A stretch of 64,000 bases of DNA from the human T2T-CHM13v2.0 reference genome, Homo sapiens. The position numbers were made by a program, and so were the translations under genes. Positions 32,191 through 45,971 of this stretch are shown one piece after another. The notes under the pieces are model-generated. The model worked only from the letters and a program-made list of their open reading frames with translations. It did not search any database and had not been told where the DNA came from. Positions within the stretch are counted from its first letter, which is position 1. Each line of letters starts with the position of its first letter. Location: assembly GCF_009914755.1 (NCBI RefSeq), contig NC_060932.1; one strand, given 5' to 3'.

Positions 32191-34377
32191 TGCAGGAGTG
32201 GGGTTTTTTATAATGCCCAATAATCGGATTTATTCAGGAAGCAAGTAGCTTCCAGCTTATTTACTGAGCTTTTAAAGATATACTTAATGTCGTTTCTTAA
32301 GAAAAACCAGGTCTTTATTTACTATGAGACTCCAAGTGCTTTAATATAGTTGAAACTAAAGAAACATAAATTTTTCATTCTGCCTCTTAATTGCATGGGA
32401 AACTGCACTTATTAAGCATTCAGTTTAATGGCTATATAACACTTTATCATAAATATACCCATATTGTCTCTGTTGTTTAACATTTAGCATATTTTCAACT
32501 TTTGCTTACACTGTGATGAATTTGTTGGTACATAAATATTCGTCCGTGTTCTGGGATATTTAAGAGACTTCCAAAAGTATAGGACAAAGAATATGAACAC
32601 TACCAAAGCTCATTACTTATATTGGCTCCACTGCTTTAAAAAAGATTTATGACAGCCTTTGGTCTCACCGTGATTTCATTGCACCCTCTCTAGCACTGGG
32701 TGTTCACTCTTGTTAAAACCCTAAAACCAGAAACACCTTAATTTTAAGAAAATTTTCTATTAGAGTAACATACATAGAAAACTGCACAGATCATTAATGT
32801 GATAGCTTGATACATTTCCACAAAATAAGCACACCTGTGTAACAAGACCCAAGTTACTAGACAGGACATTTCCAGCCTCTCAGAGGTCCCCATCCTGTCC
32901 CCTTTCAGTGACTAACCATCTCCCCTTTCTCTCCAGAAACCACCATCCTGACTTGTAATAGGAAAAAAAAAAAAAACAAAAACAAAAACAAAAACAAAAA
33001 ACCTTGCAAATTTAATGCATAAAAAAGTATACTGTATTAAAGTAAACCAGGTTGTCATAGAATTCCAACATTTTTAAGCCATCTGTATTTCTTGTGGAAA
33101 GCCATGTACTTTGCAAAGATAGCTTTCTTCATTTTAAGGTCCCCAAATGGGTGGAGGACAGGGAGCCCACATGATTTCTACAATCCAGGAAATCTGACTC
33201 TGGCCTGTGGCCAGTGTGCCCTGGCGGTGCCCAGGATCCCTCTTGGGCAGCACCTGGGACTTCTTTCTTGCCATCTTGTCTAGGTAATGATGGGCTTTTT
33301 CCTGTCCCTCCTGTGTATCACCAAATCAAACTCCAGGGGATGCCAATCCAAGACTGAAAGCCAGCAGCAGAGCTTTTACATGATGAATGGACATTTCACC
33401 CAAGGCAGGACACTGCTAAACTCACCACTCCTGATCACTTTTTCTAGAGGTGGTGAGTTCCCTTTCTAGAACAGGATAGAATAAACACCTTAGGGGGCCA
33501 TTGCTGTTTCCCCTACAGACCTGTACAGAAGCCTGGAATGGGAAGCTCTGGCTTCTCAGCTTGAGGACAACAGGATCTTTTTCTTAGATCAGACCTGGCA
33601 CTTTCCACCAGCTCTGCCTCGTGGGCTCTGTTCCTGGTCTTCCCCTTGCTTTGAAAAATACAAATACCAACATACAGGAAGTGACATTAACACAAATTCA
33701 AGCAACCGGAGCTCTCTGGGGAGGCATTTAGTACTCTGCTGCTGCCATGTAAAAAGAAGGAATAAGGAAGAGAGTTTTCCTCAAGAGCCCAGGAAAGATT
33801 CCAAGTGCATTGCTGTTGTCAGCACGAACCCCCATGCCCACCTCAGCCCACTATCCTCTAATATTGAAGATAGGGCAGGGAGAACATTACTGCCCGCTAC
33901 CTGAGGTTCAGGGAGGCCAAGTAACTGACCTAGATTTAGTGGAAGAACTGGGATTGGAAGTCAGGAATGCCGAAATCTAGTGGAGATTCCTTCTGTCACT
34001 CTGTGTTCCTGCTGTGCAGAAAGGTCCTCAGATTGTGGTAGCCTAACATGGAAAATCATGGGCTTTGGAGAACAGCAGATCCGAGACGAAATCTATGTTC
34101 TACCATTACGTTATGAGAATTTAGACAAGTTGTTTACTATCTCTGACCCTATTTATCATATAAATGGGGACAATAAACTGTTAAAGATTAAGAGAAAACA
34201 CTATAAAATATCTACCAGAGTATCTGGGTTTGAATCCTGGCTTTGCCTTTTTCTAATTGATTGCGTGACAAACGGCAGAAATGTCATACAGTAGAAATGA
34301 GAGATGAGAGGTCCTCTGGGTAAGTGGGGAACTGTTTGGTCTCATCGCCTCCATTTCTACATCTCTAATAATATACC

Positions 34378-34408
<31 letters not shown>

Positions 34409-34413
34409 CTAGG

Positions 34414-34710
34414 GGCCAGGTGCAGTGGCTCACACCTATAATCCTAGCGCTCTGGGAGGCCAAGGCAGGAGAATGACTTGAGACCAGAAGTTTGAGACCA
34501 GCCTGGGCAACATAACAAGACCCTGTCTCTACAAAAATAAAGATGAAAATTAGCCAAGCCTGGTGGCTTGTATCTGTGGTTCTAGCTACTCAGAAGGCTG
34601 AGGCAGGAGGATCTTTAGAGCCTAGGAGGTCAAGGTGGCAGTGAGCTATGATCATGCCGCTGCACTCTAGCGCTTGCAACAGAACCAGACCCTGTCTCTA
34701 AAAGAAAAGG
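34414..34710 (+). mobile_element. AluJ-like preceded by an A28 run
   Basis: Sense Alu; poly(A) at 34379-34406 upstream. Confidence 0.9.
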
Positions 34711-34875
34711 AAAAACAAGTCTTATATTTTTATGATAAAATGAGTTCACAGCTTTGAGAGATTCAAGGCCCATGCCTCAATGACTATGTCATTTAGCCTT
34801 AGTTTCCTTATCTGTAAAGCAATCTGAGCAGGGATTATCTCTGTATCACCGGGTGATTGTAGACATCCAAAGTAG

Positions 34876-34955
34876 GTGCTCACTTCAGCAGCACATACAT
34901 TAAAATTAGAATGATACAGAGAAGATTAGCGTGGCTCCTGCACAAGGATGACATG
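34876..34955 (+). pseudogene. U6 snRNA retropseudogene
   Basis: GTGCTCACTTCAGCAGCACATA...ACAGAGAAGATTAGC...CAAGGATGACA matches U6 nt ~1-80 with several substitutions; A-rich tail; AAAGTAG TSD at 34869 and 34997. Confidence 0.92.
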
Positions 34956-36454
34956 TTTAAAAAAATATTTTTTTAAAGGAGAAAGAAAAAAAATCAAAAG
35001 TAGATGCAAACCATTTTATGATCTCATGATCTCAAAACAAAGGGAAAAGAGTAAGATTCCATGTCTCCTAGAAGAATTAGTGATCTTAAGTTGCCTTGAG
35101 TGTCCAGAGGAGGCTAATGTTTGTGTCTCTCATGTGGCTGATGAGAGACGTTCTATTAATGATGGTACTGAAGCCAGATGTTAAGTAACTTGCCCAATTT
35201 CACATAGGTAGTGTGTGACCAGCCTGGCTTTAACTCATAGCTTGTTCTCCAAAGACTGTGGTTTTTTGTTTGTTTTGTCTTTGTATTGTAGGGTAAGAAG
35301 GTTATGACCAGGCCCTTAAGTGTTATCAGAGAAATAAAGTCAATGGCTATAAATGTGGGTATGCAAAATTTCTTAGTAGGATGGCTAACCTTAGGGCTAC
35401 CAGAATTGTATTCCTAAGTAAAACTATTTCAGGAAAGACAGGCTTGGGACTGGCACCCTTTTCATAAGAGCAAAATAAAATACCAAACTCTTCTGACCTA
35501 GTAGTATCTTCTCTTCATGTCCACCACCACGACTCCTAACCATATTAAAAGAGAGGCCCCCACAGAGCTGCCCTGAGGGTGGTCAGCATGGCAGCTGGAA
35601 GGTCTGATGCACCCACTAACCCAGAGGACCTCTCATTTCTGTTATATGACACCCAGCAACGAGCAGGTCTCAGAGGACGGGGATGGGTAGTTACTAGAGA
35701 TGGTTAGTTACAGCCTGAGGACAAGACAAGATCCTGTGGCTCCTGAGGGACCCAGGAAGGCACCAGGAGCAAGTGTCAGCTTCAGAAGCCTTTCGTCTGC
35801 AGCTCCAGAAGCCTTTCCCCTGCAGGTCCCTGAGTCTTGGTGGCACAGCCCTGTCCCATCAGGGAGCGAGTGCCCTTCCCCCGAGGAGAAGCTCCAGGGA
35901 AAGCAGCCCTGGGCATCACCCCCAGGCAGCAGCTGCTCATGCCCGAGAGAGGGAGCCCACCTTCCCCAGCTGTGGCTGCTCCCTTAGACCCCGAGGCCCA
36001 GCCACCACTGCTCAGTTTGGTCACTGACAATGCCTACAGATTGTGTCACCAGTTATTCCAGAGCAAGAATTACCTCTCAGCTCAGTGCCCGAAAAAACGA
36101 GAGAGGGCTTGAATCCTAATCCATAGATAGGTGATTGACCACATCATGGCATCTCCAGGAAGTTCTAATTTTTTAATAGATTTCTAGAAAGGACCAGATG
36201 TGTCCTTCTCAAGCTGTTCTCTCTTCTTCTCTTCCTCTTTCTCCTCCTCCCACTTCCTTTCCCCAAATCCAAACACTCAGGTGCTCAGAATGACGGAGAC
36301 AGCTGTGCTGTAGCCCTTTGGGTTGGCTGGGGCAGCCTGGGTTTCTTTTGCTAGTTGGAGGACAAGGTGTGGAAGGCATATTGTAATCAAGTAGCAGCAA
36401 CAGCTTCTACTCTAGAGATTTTTAGGCCCAGAAAGGACTGACTCTTCCCTCCCC

Positions 36455-36754
36455 TTTTTTTCTTTTGTTGAGACAGTCTCACTCTGTCGCCCAGGCCCAG
36501 TCTGGAGTGCAATGGCGCTATCGGCTCACTGCAGCTTCTGCCTCCCAGGTTCAAGCAATTCTCCTGCCTGAGCCTCCTGAGTAGCTGGGATTAACAGGTG
36601 TGAGCCATTACACCTGGCTAATTTTTATATTTTTAGTAGAGACGGGGTTCCACCATGTTAGCCAGGCTGGTTTCAAACCCTTGACCTCAAGTGATCTGCC
36701 CACCTCGGCCTCCCAAAGTGCTGGGATTACAGGTATGAGCCACCGCGCCCGGCC
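36455..36754 (-). mobile_element. Alu
   Basis: Antisense Alu; TGACTCTT flanking duplication. Confidence 0.95.
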
Positions 36755-37734
36755 TGACTCTTTTCTGAAGCCTGCCCTGGGACTGACCTGGCCCTGAACA
36801 GAAAGAAGATGCCCAGCAGCAGCACCATCATGGACCCCAGCGTAAAGCCCTCATAAGTTTCAGGTCTGTGTCAGTTAGTGTACGTGGGGAAACTTAGAGT
36901 AGCCATAGGTGCAGGTATCCGTGTGTCTGAAGAGGCAGCAGTACTTTTAATCCTGTTAACAGAAGTAAAATTAAAAGAAGAAAACGCACACACAAAAAAC
37001 CTTGCAACTCTTGCTGCATTTCCATTACTTACCATCAGGTGTCAGTAGACCACACGGGAAGAGGGAGCTTTAAGAGCCGGGGTGCTCAAGTCCGTGTCTG
37101 GGGAGGCAGCGCCTCCTCCGTATTCCTGTGGATCTCTTAGTGGGAATCATCCTAGGCACCTCCTTTCCCCGTGCCCGCTGCCCTCGTTCCACCCCTGGTC
37201 TGGTCTGCCCTTGTATTCCCAGCAATTCTACGCTGTAAGATGCCTTCTGTGTTCTCTGCAGGGCATCCCTCCCTGACTCAGCCTAGCAATGGCCGGAATT
37301 CATGCATTTGCTGTGTGCCAGCTTGCCCTAACCATCTGATTTACTTATCAAAACAGCTCTCTGACATATGCACAACTAGTTAAGCAGATTGACACATCAG
37401 GAAGGGGCCTGGAGAGATGAAGGGCAGCTTCGTGGGATGCATACATGTGGACTTTACCTGGGCGGTTTCCCCAGAGGCAGAGCCATGAGGCAGAGGCGTG
37501 AGGCCACTCCTCTCTCCAAATCGTGCTAAATCACTGGGCTCTAAGTCGGCTCACAGGACAGCTTTTAATAGTTTCTGCTACCTCATGGCAAAGCCCAAAG
37601 GCTGACCTAATTCTTCCCAGCACAGTGCACAGGCAGAGGAGAGACAGCGATTATGCAGGAGGGCAGCCTCCTTCCTGCCCCAGAGGCCCTGGCCCCAAGC
37701 ACGCCAGCGTTTTTGTCTTCTCCCAAATAAGTCA

Positions 37735-38104
<370 letters not shown>

Positions 38105-38119
38105 CTACTCTACACTTAA

Positions 38120-38553
38120 GTCCAGGTTGAGTAGTGTCCCCTGCCAAAAACTATGTATTTAAATCCTAACCCCCCAGTACCCAGAATGTGACCTTATTTG
38201 GAACTAGGGTCATTGTAGATATTAGTTAAGATGAGGTCACACTGAAGTAGGGTGGGCCTCTAATCCAATATGACTGGTGTCCTTATTTAAAAGCGGCCAT
38301 GGGAAGACAGACGCCCTGTGTGAAGATTGGAGTGATGCAGTTACAAGCCAAGGAATGCTGAAGGTTGCCAGCAAACCACTGGAATCTGGGAGAGCTGCAG
38401 GAAATAGATTCTCCCTCACAGCCTGCAGGAGGAACCAACCTTGCTGACACTTTGATTTTCAGACTTCCAGAACTGTGAGAGAATATATTTCAGTTGTTGA
38501 AACCACCTGGCCTGTGGTTCTTGGTTACAGTAGCCCACCCGAGCAAAGGAATA
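38120..38553 (+). mobile_element. MLT1 (B/C-like) MaLR LTR
   Basis: gaatgtgaccttatttgga...agttaagatgaggtca...ctaatccaatatgactggtgtcctta...ggaaccaaccttgctgacac. Confidence 0.85.
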
Positions 38554-40254
38554 TAGTTCCTATTCCAATGCCTTCTCTTCAGAGCCACGGGGCCTTCCCT
38601 GCGGCACGTCAGGACTGATGTCCCTGAGGGGCCCAGAAAGGCATAAGGAGCAGGTAGCAGCCCCAGAAGGCCTTTCCCTGTGGGCTCTAGAGTCTCAGGG
38701 GCACAGCTCTGTCCCCTCCAAGGAGAAGCTCTGGAGAAGGCAGCCCTGGGCATCACCCCCAGGTGGCAGCTTTGCATGTCCGAGCCCACCTTCCCCCACT
38801 CTGGCTGGGCCTGTAGACCCAAGGCTCCGGGTGCCAGTGCTGGGGGTTTGTTCACTGGTGGTCGAATGTCCAGAGCACTCACTCAGCGAACATTGAATTT
38901 CAGGCTGTCTTGCTCAGCCTAGGAGCTGTTTAGATTGGCCTTGTTTTATCTCAGCCGAGATAGATCTGCCCCACTAGGGCCCTAAAAGAGGCAGGTAGCC
39001 CAAGAGGTAATGTGGTCACGGCTGAGAAGGGACAGATAAAGGGGTTGGAGGGAGGAAGAAAGAAGGAAGCCATCCCTTCTTGAGCAAGGTCTGAGCATCA
39101 GGAGGCCTGGAGGGGGCTACCTGGTGTTTTTCTCTCACCTGACCTTACCCCTTTTTTGGGGGGACAGGTGCCAGGACTTAACCCTTTCTAGAGGTCTTAG
39201 CGAGGAAAGAGTACGTTGAATATTATTGACAGGTGTTTTACATACACTTTCTCATGCCCACCCTGTAACGACTGATTCCTGTTTCACAGATGAGAAAACT
39301 GAGGTTTGGGCTAGATAACCAAAGTCCGACGGCACGCTAGGTCTCACCACCAGTCTCCATAGCTGCTCCTGCTCCGTCTGGTTCCCAAACCCCAGCTTTT
39401 AGAACAGAATCCTCCTGTTTATGGTGTTGGTCTTGACTTCTCTTGTGGAGAAGCTCTGGATTTTAAGGTGGAGCCTCATGGGTGACCCTAGAGCAGCCAG
39501 CTGGGACTCTCTGTCACAGGGGAGCCTGGCGCTAAGCATCTTTATCACCAAGGTCACTGCTGATCATTATCAAAACCACCAAATGTCCCATCCTCCTCCT
39601 GCGACCTGCCCAACAGCCTGGGGCTCCTGTAAGTGAGCTGCTGTTAAACAAAGGGCTGCTCGTGCCGCCCTCCCCCCACCCAGGGCCCAGCGGGGACAGC
39701 AGGTATCTAAGCAAATGGGAGCGGAACCGCAGCTGCCACCCAGCACATTAAACACTCTGTTTTCTTAATTCCCCCTCCCTGCTAAGTGCTGATTACCGGG
39801 TCTGCCTGGGGCCTGATCCTTCCAGCCACCTGACTTCAGCCAGTGGGGCATCCAGAGAACGAGAGCAGCTGGCAGGTCGCACTTCAGGCGGGGCAGCAGA
39901 TGCAAGACACTGATTATTCTGGGAGGGCTGCACCCAGGGACCGGCATTTGCACTTCAAAGGGGGACGGGCCCCTGTGCCCCACTCTTGGGACCTGGGTCT
40001 ATTCTGGGGAAAATCATGTTGCTTTGAGTGAGTTACCCACCCGGGCCCCACCCCCTTCTTAACAGAGGGCGGTTTAAACAACCTCTCGGAGTTCACGAGC
40101 ACTCGCTAGACACTCCCCGGGACCCTCCCCCGTCTGGCAGCTCTCCTTTTCATGGGGTTTGCCCCTGTCTGGACGGAGCAGGAGGGACTCGGGCGTTTAG
40201 CAAGTCCCAAACCTGTGCTTGCACTCTTGAATCTCAGTCCTCCCAGTGCCCCTT

Positions 40255-40706
40255 TTAACGGATTGAATTGTGTCCCCGCAAAAGACATGTTGATGTCCTA
40301 ACTCCCAGGATTTCAGAATGTGACCTTGTTTGGAAATAGGGTCATTGCAGATGTAATTAGTTAAGAGGAAGTGACTCTTAATCCAATAGGACTGGTGTCC
40401 TTATAAGAAGAGAGACCCAGAGGGGGAAACACCGCATAAAGACACAGAGACAGGGAAGAGATAGCCATGCAGACAGAGGCGAAGATGGGAGTGATGTGAA
40501 TACAAGCCAAGGAACACCTGGGGCCACCAGAAGCTGAAAGAGGCGAGGAAGAAATCTCCCCTGGAGCCTTCTGGGGGAACGGAGCCCTGGACCAAACACC
40601 TCGATCTTGAACTCTCAGCCCCTGGAACTGGGAGAGAATTAATTACTGTTGTTATAAGCCACGTGGTCTGTGTAACTCATTATGGCAGCCCTAGGAAACT
40701 GACAGA
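40255..40706 (+). mobile_element. MLT1 (B/C-like) MaLR LTR
   Basis: ggattgaattgtgtcccc...gaatgtgaccttgtttggaaatagggtc...tatggcagccctaggaaact. Confidence 0.85.
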
Positions 40707-42238
40707 CCCCTGAACTTTGTGGCAAAGCATCACAAGGATCTCGCTATGGTGTGATGCCACCCTGAAGCATGGCTGCGATAACCAGCCCCAGGGCTCGCAC
40801 CCCTCACCCACTCCCCATTTCCCTCCTCCACCCCCACTCCTTGTAATTAAGCCCCGAAGTGACTAAGGAGTAACCAGTGCCCTGAGACCCCATCCCTAGA
40901 TGGACAGATTGGACTGGACGCAAAGACCACCCCTTCTCTCCCCGCAGGGCAGGCGTTGCTGGCTTCCCTTCCTCTCAGGGCCTCTGAGAGATAACAGGGC
41001 CCGTCACTGTGCCTGCCCTTCAGGGAGACATAAAGCAGGAGGAACCCCATCTCATGCTAACCCTGCTCCCGGCTCCCCCCACCCCCAGGGTGCTGGGGGT
41101 CTTCACGGCCTCCGTGTGCCTCACTGGGCTGTGACAGGGAAAGCCCTCAGCTCTCATGGCCACCTCCCCCATGGTCGCAAGTCTTTCGTCTCTTCTCTCT
41201 GTCGAGTACGGTAGCCTAGAAACAGCCGCTTTCTCTGTCATTTACTGCCTAGAATGGCCTCACCAGGCAGCCCAAGTCCTTTCTGGATCACCATGACCCT
41301 GTGGGTAGGAGGAGCTGGGCCCCTGGAGGTCAAGGGGTTTGCTCAAGGCCAACTGGGAGAACTGGCCTCGAACTCCTAGGAAGTCTGACTCCCCATCCAG
41401 AGCCCTTCCTGCCCTCGTACTGAGCACCTCCGGGGGCCAGTGGGTGCTGGGTTGGCTTCTGGGGCCGATGCATTGAAGGGTAAGATGGGGCCACCTGTCA
41501 GGGGTCACCTACAGCTGAGCTGGCTCTCGGGCAACCCACAGAACAACTACAAGCAGCCACCTCCGCTCTAGCCCTCTTCCCTCACCAGCCCAGACTCTGG
41601 CTGGACGCCAAGGCACATGGGAGACATTCAAGCAAGGTTCCTTCTCCCCGACAGTTTGCTTCCTGGCGGCGAGTGTCCACAAATGTCTACACAGTTGGCT
41701 GTGGGGCAGGAGGAGGTGCGTGAATGTAGCCCATGCTGCAGCTTGGCCCGGGATGTGAGGTTTGGTTTTAGTGCCATCCATGGAGGGCTTGGGGGATGGG
41801 GACTGGTGAGAGACTCTGCCACATCCATTAGGCTTTGGTTTGTGGGGCAGGGTTCAGAGGCCGGGGGCGTGGCAATGATGAGTGCAGAGAAGAGGGGAGA
41901 GAAAGGAGGGCGTGGGGGGACTCGGGGGTGACCCGAATTCCCCTCTAGGGTGAGGCTTTCACTCCCCAGCTGTTGAGAGTGCAGAGCTGCGTCCCTCTTT
42001 GAGGCTTGCCCTGGCCCAGGCACACATCCATCCCAGCTTGGGGAGGGGGCCCAGGCACTGGCTGGGTGTGGGGTTGGAGTAAGGGTGGGGACGTCAAGGC
42101 CTAGCCCTCTCATCTCACCCCGGGTGAGGAGCAGCTGAGCCCTCCGTTGTGACTGCCCCGTGGTGAACTCACCTCTCTACCCATCCTTCTGACTTCTTTT
42201 CCCCAAGGTCTTCCCCAAGGTGTAGCCAGAAAAGCTTT

Positions 42239-42322
42239 CCTCAGACAGGTCTGCACCCGGAAACTTCTTCCCTCAGACAGGTCTGCGCCCGGAAACTTCT
42301 TCCCTCAGACAGGTCTGCGCCC
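42239..42322. repeat. 32-bp tandem repeat, ~2.6 copies
   Basis: CCTCAGACAGGTCTGCRCCCGGAAACTTCTTC units start at 42239, 42271, 42303. Confidence 0.95.
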
Positions 42323-42454
42323 TGAGTCCTCATCCGCATCACAGGCACTTCTGGGAGGTTAGCAGGTGCCCTGGTGCCCGTGGGGGTGGGGATAAAACGA
42401 AAGAATGGAAGGAAAGCAGCACCTTCCATATGCGGACACCCTTCAGCCCCTCCC

Positions 42455-43480
42455 ACCCACATCCACACATCCACACACACACACACACACACACCCCTAC
42501 CCTCATGTATACACACACACACAAATGCATACACACATATACATATACACACACAGGTATGCACATACATATACACATACCCACACGCACACTCACACCT
42601 ACCCCCATGTATACACACATACACACAAATATTCATATATACACACACAGATGCACATATGTACACATACACACACACCTACCCCCATGTATACACACAC
42701 ACAAATACATACACACACATATACATATATATACACACATACACACAGATATGCACATATATACACATACACCATACAGGCACACCTACCCCCATTTATA
42801 CACGCACACATACACATATACCTATACAGATATACACACACATACACACAGATACGCATGTACATACATGTACATACATACACCTACCCCCATGTATACA
42901 CACATATACAAATACACACATACACACATACATATATATACACACAGATATACACATACATACACATACACTCTCACACCTGTCACCCCACACACATACA
43001 TACACATATACATATACATACGTACACACATACACACAGATATATACACATATACACACAGATATGCACATAATACACATACACACACTCACACCTACCC
43101 CTATGTATACACACAGATACACACAATACATACACACATACACATATACATATATACGCATACACATTCACATACATACACTCAACCCACCCCATATATG
43201 CACACAATTTACATAAACATATGCATGCATAAACATATATATACATAGACTCACACCCACACATACACACATGCATGCACTTACATACGCACAGTCACAC
43301 ATATACATGCAGACATACACATGCATGCACACATACACTCACCCCCATATATACACATGCACACATACATAGAGTCACACATGCACAGCTATACATATAC
43401 GCATACACACGTACACATGCACATACATACACACGTACATACACAGACACAAAACCACATGCATGCACACACACAGACAC
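42455..43480. repeat. Degenerate (CA/TA)n low-complexity array with higher-order unit
   Basis: ~1 kb of alternating purine/pyrimidine; recurring CACCTACCCCCATGTATACAC anchor; followed by (GT)16 at 43531-43562. Confidence 0.95.
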
Positions 43481-43527
43481 CTCTGAAGCCCTAAGTTTAA
43501 AAGACATCTAGAAGCTAGAGAAAAAGA

Positions 43528-43564
<37 letters not shown>

Positions 43565-45339
43565 AGGAAAAGCACATTTGCTTGATACGCTTTTTCCTTT
43601 TCTGATATAGCTATACCCTTTGGGAGTCTATAAGTAGGAAAATCCTCTATCAAACTATAATATTGTAAGGCAGCAGCAGGAAATTGGGCCTGAGCGCGTA
43701 CACTGCTCTTGGGCTCAGGAAGCAGGGGGAGGCAGGGGGTAACCAGATTGGGTGGCGGGAGCGGGACTTTGAGTGGGGGACTTGCCTTTGGTTTTCTGCA
43801 GCATGAGTCTTGGGTGATGCCAGCTCTCCCTGGAGCTGGCCCATTGGCACGCCTGTGTCCTCTCCCACTTTCTAAGTATAGTCTTGGAGGCCCAGCCAGA
43901 TGAAGGCTGGAGCCAGAATTTCCCTGGAAAGCATTTGCTTCACAAGGGAGGGGCCTGGGAAGCTGATGAAGGAGGCAGGTGAGGTTGACAGTGGGCAGTG
44001 GCGCTCAGGCCACTCCTTTCCTCTTTCCGAGGGGTGGGCGGGTCCCAGGCAACCCCCCTGCTCCAGCATGGCAGCAATCCAGGTGAGCAGAGCAGGCCAA
44101 GCACCTCCCAGCTCAGATGGGTGTTTTTCAGGGGCCAGAAGAAACGGTGGCCTAGGAGAGCTGGGCCACTGTGATGCATAGTGTGGGAGGACAGCAAGGT
44201 GACCCTGACCACCACTGTGACTTCTGTCCACAGCTGTAGCAAGGCTGGGAGGAGGAGGCAACCCAGCAGCAGACCAAGAGCTTGTGCCTTGGCCACAGTC
44301 AGGCCTGGGGCTGCGACTATCCACTGTGCACAGGACAGTGTAGAATGCAGGGCTGCTGTGAGGGTTAAATGCAAGTGACAGGATTGAGAAGTCAGCCAGC
44401 ACCCAGCCCAGTCAATTCCAGGGACTCCAGGGCACTTCCTTTCTATTTGGTATGGATAATACCCGCCACCCCCAGCTTGCTTTGCTGAGTCCCTGGAGTC
44501 TGCCTGGAAAACCAGTCAAGCAAAGGGAACCCTGGACCTTGAAACCCGCAGGCTATGTGTTCACGGCCCCCGCAACCCAAGAGGGGGCCATCTGAATGAC
44601 GGGCCGTGGCAGGCAAATCGTCCTGTTATTTTTGGTGTAAGAAATTTAATTTGCTTCACCTGTCACTGATTACAACTGCTGTCATGAGCCTATTTACCTC
44701 TCAATTAGCTGTAATTGAGGCAGTGGGGGGCAAGGGGCAGAAGGAGAACGAGGTGGGGGGGCTGCATGTGTGCATGCTCGTGTGCATGTGTGTGTGTGTG
44801 TGCATGCGTATACGCTCAGGCTGGCACTATGTGGCAGAGCTGAGAGAGGGGGGAGAGGGAAAGAGGTGCCAAAGGTAGTGAATAAGGATTTTAACCAGTT
44901 CCATTTCGGCCGGGGGTTTTGGTCAGTGTCACAGTCACAGGGTGGCCCGGCCCAGCCCTTCACCACACCCCCCAGCAAATCCCTCCTTGTTCCTTTCTTT
45001 CCTCCGGCTGTGCCCTCGGTCCCAGGGGCATACCCCCATAAGGCAGCCTTCTGGTATTGAAACCTGGAGAGAAAAGGTTGCAGGGAGCTGGGGAGGTAGC
45101 TCATCAGAGTAAGATCTGTTGTTTCCACGGGGTAGAGCTTCGCCAGGCCAAGGGAGCTTGGGGCACCACTGTAACTCATCTTGGCTTGAAGCAGGGACAT
45201 TTTGTTAACAAATACTAATAAGTATCATGTCACTAAATTGTGGTAGTCATAATAAACAGTAGCAATGCTTTAACTTTTATTGAGCATTATCTCATATAAT
45301 TGTCAAAACAACCCTCTGAAGCCCAGAGAGTTTAAGCAA

Positions 45340-45971
<632 letters not shown>

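Noticed and set aside
42239-42322. CRISPR-like array
   Set aside because: Head-to-tail units with no unique spacers, in a primate genome without cas genes
42241-43653. Long His/Thr/Tyr- or Cys/Val/Met-rich ORFs up to 280 aa
   Set aside because: Artefacts of CA/TA low-complexity sequence lacking stop codons in several frames
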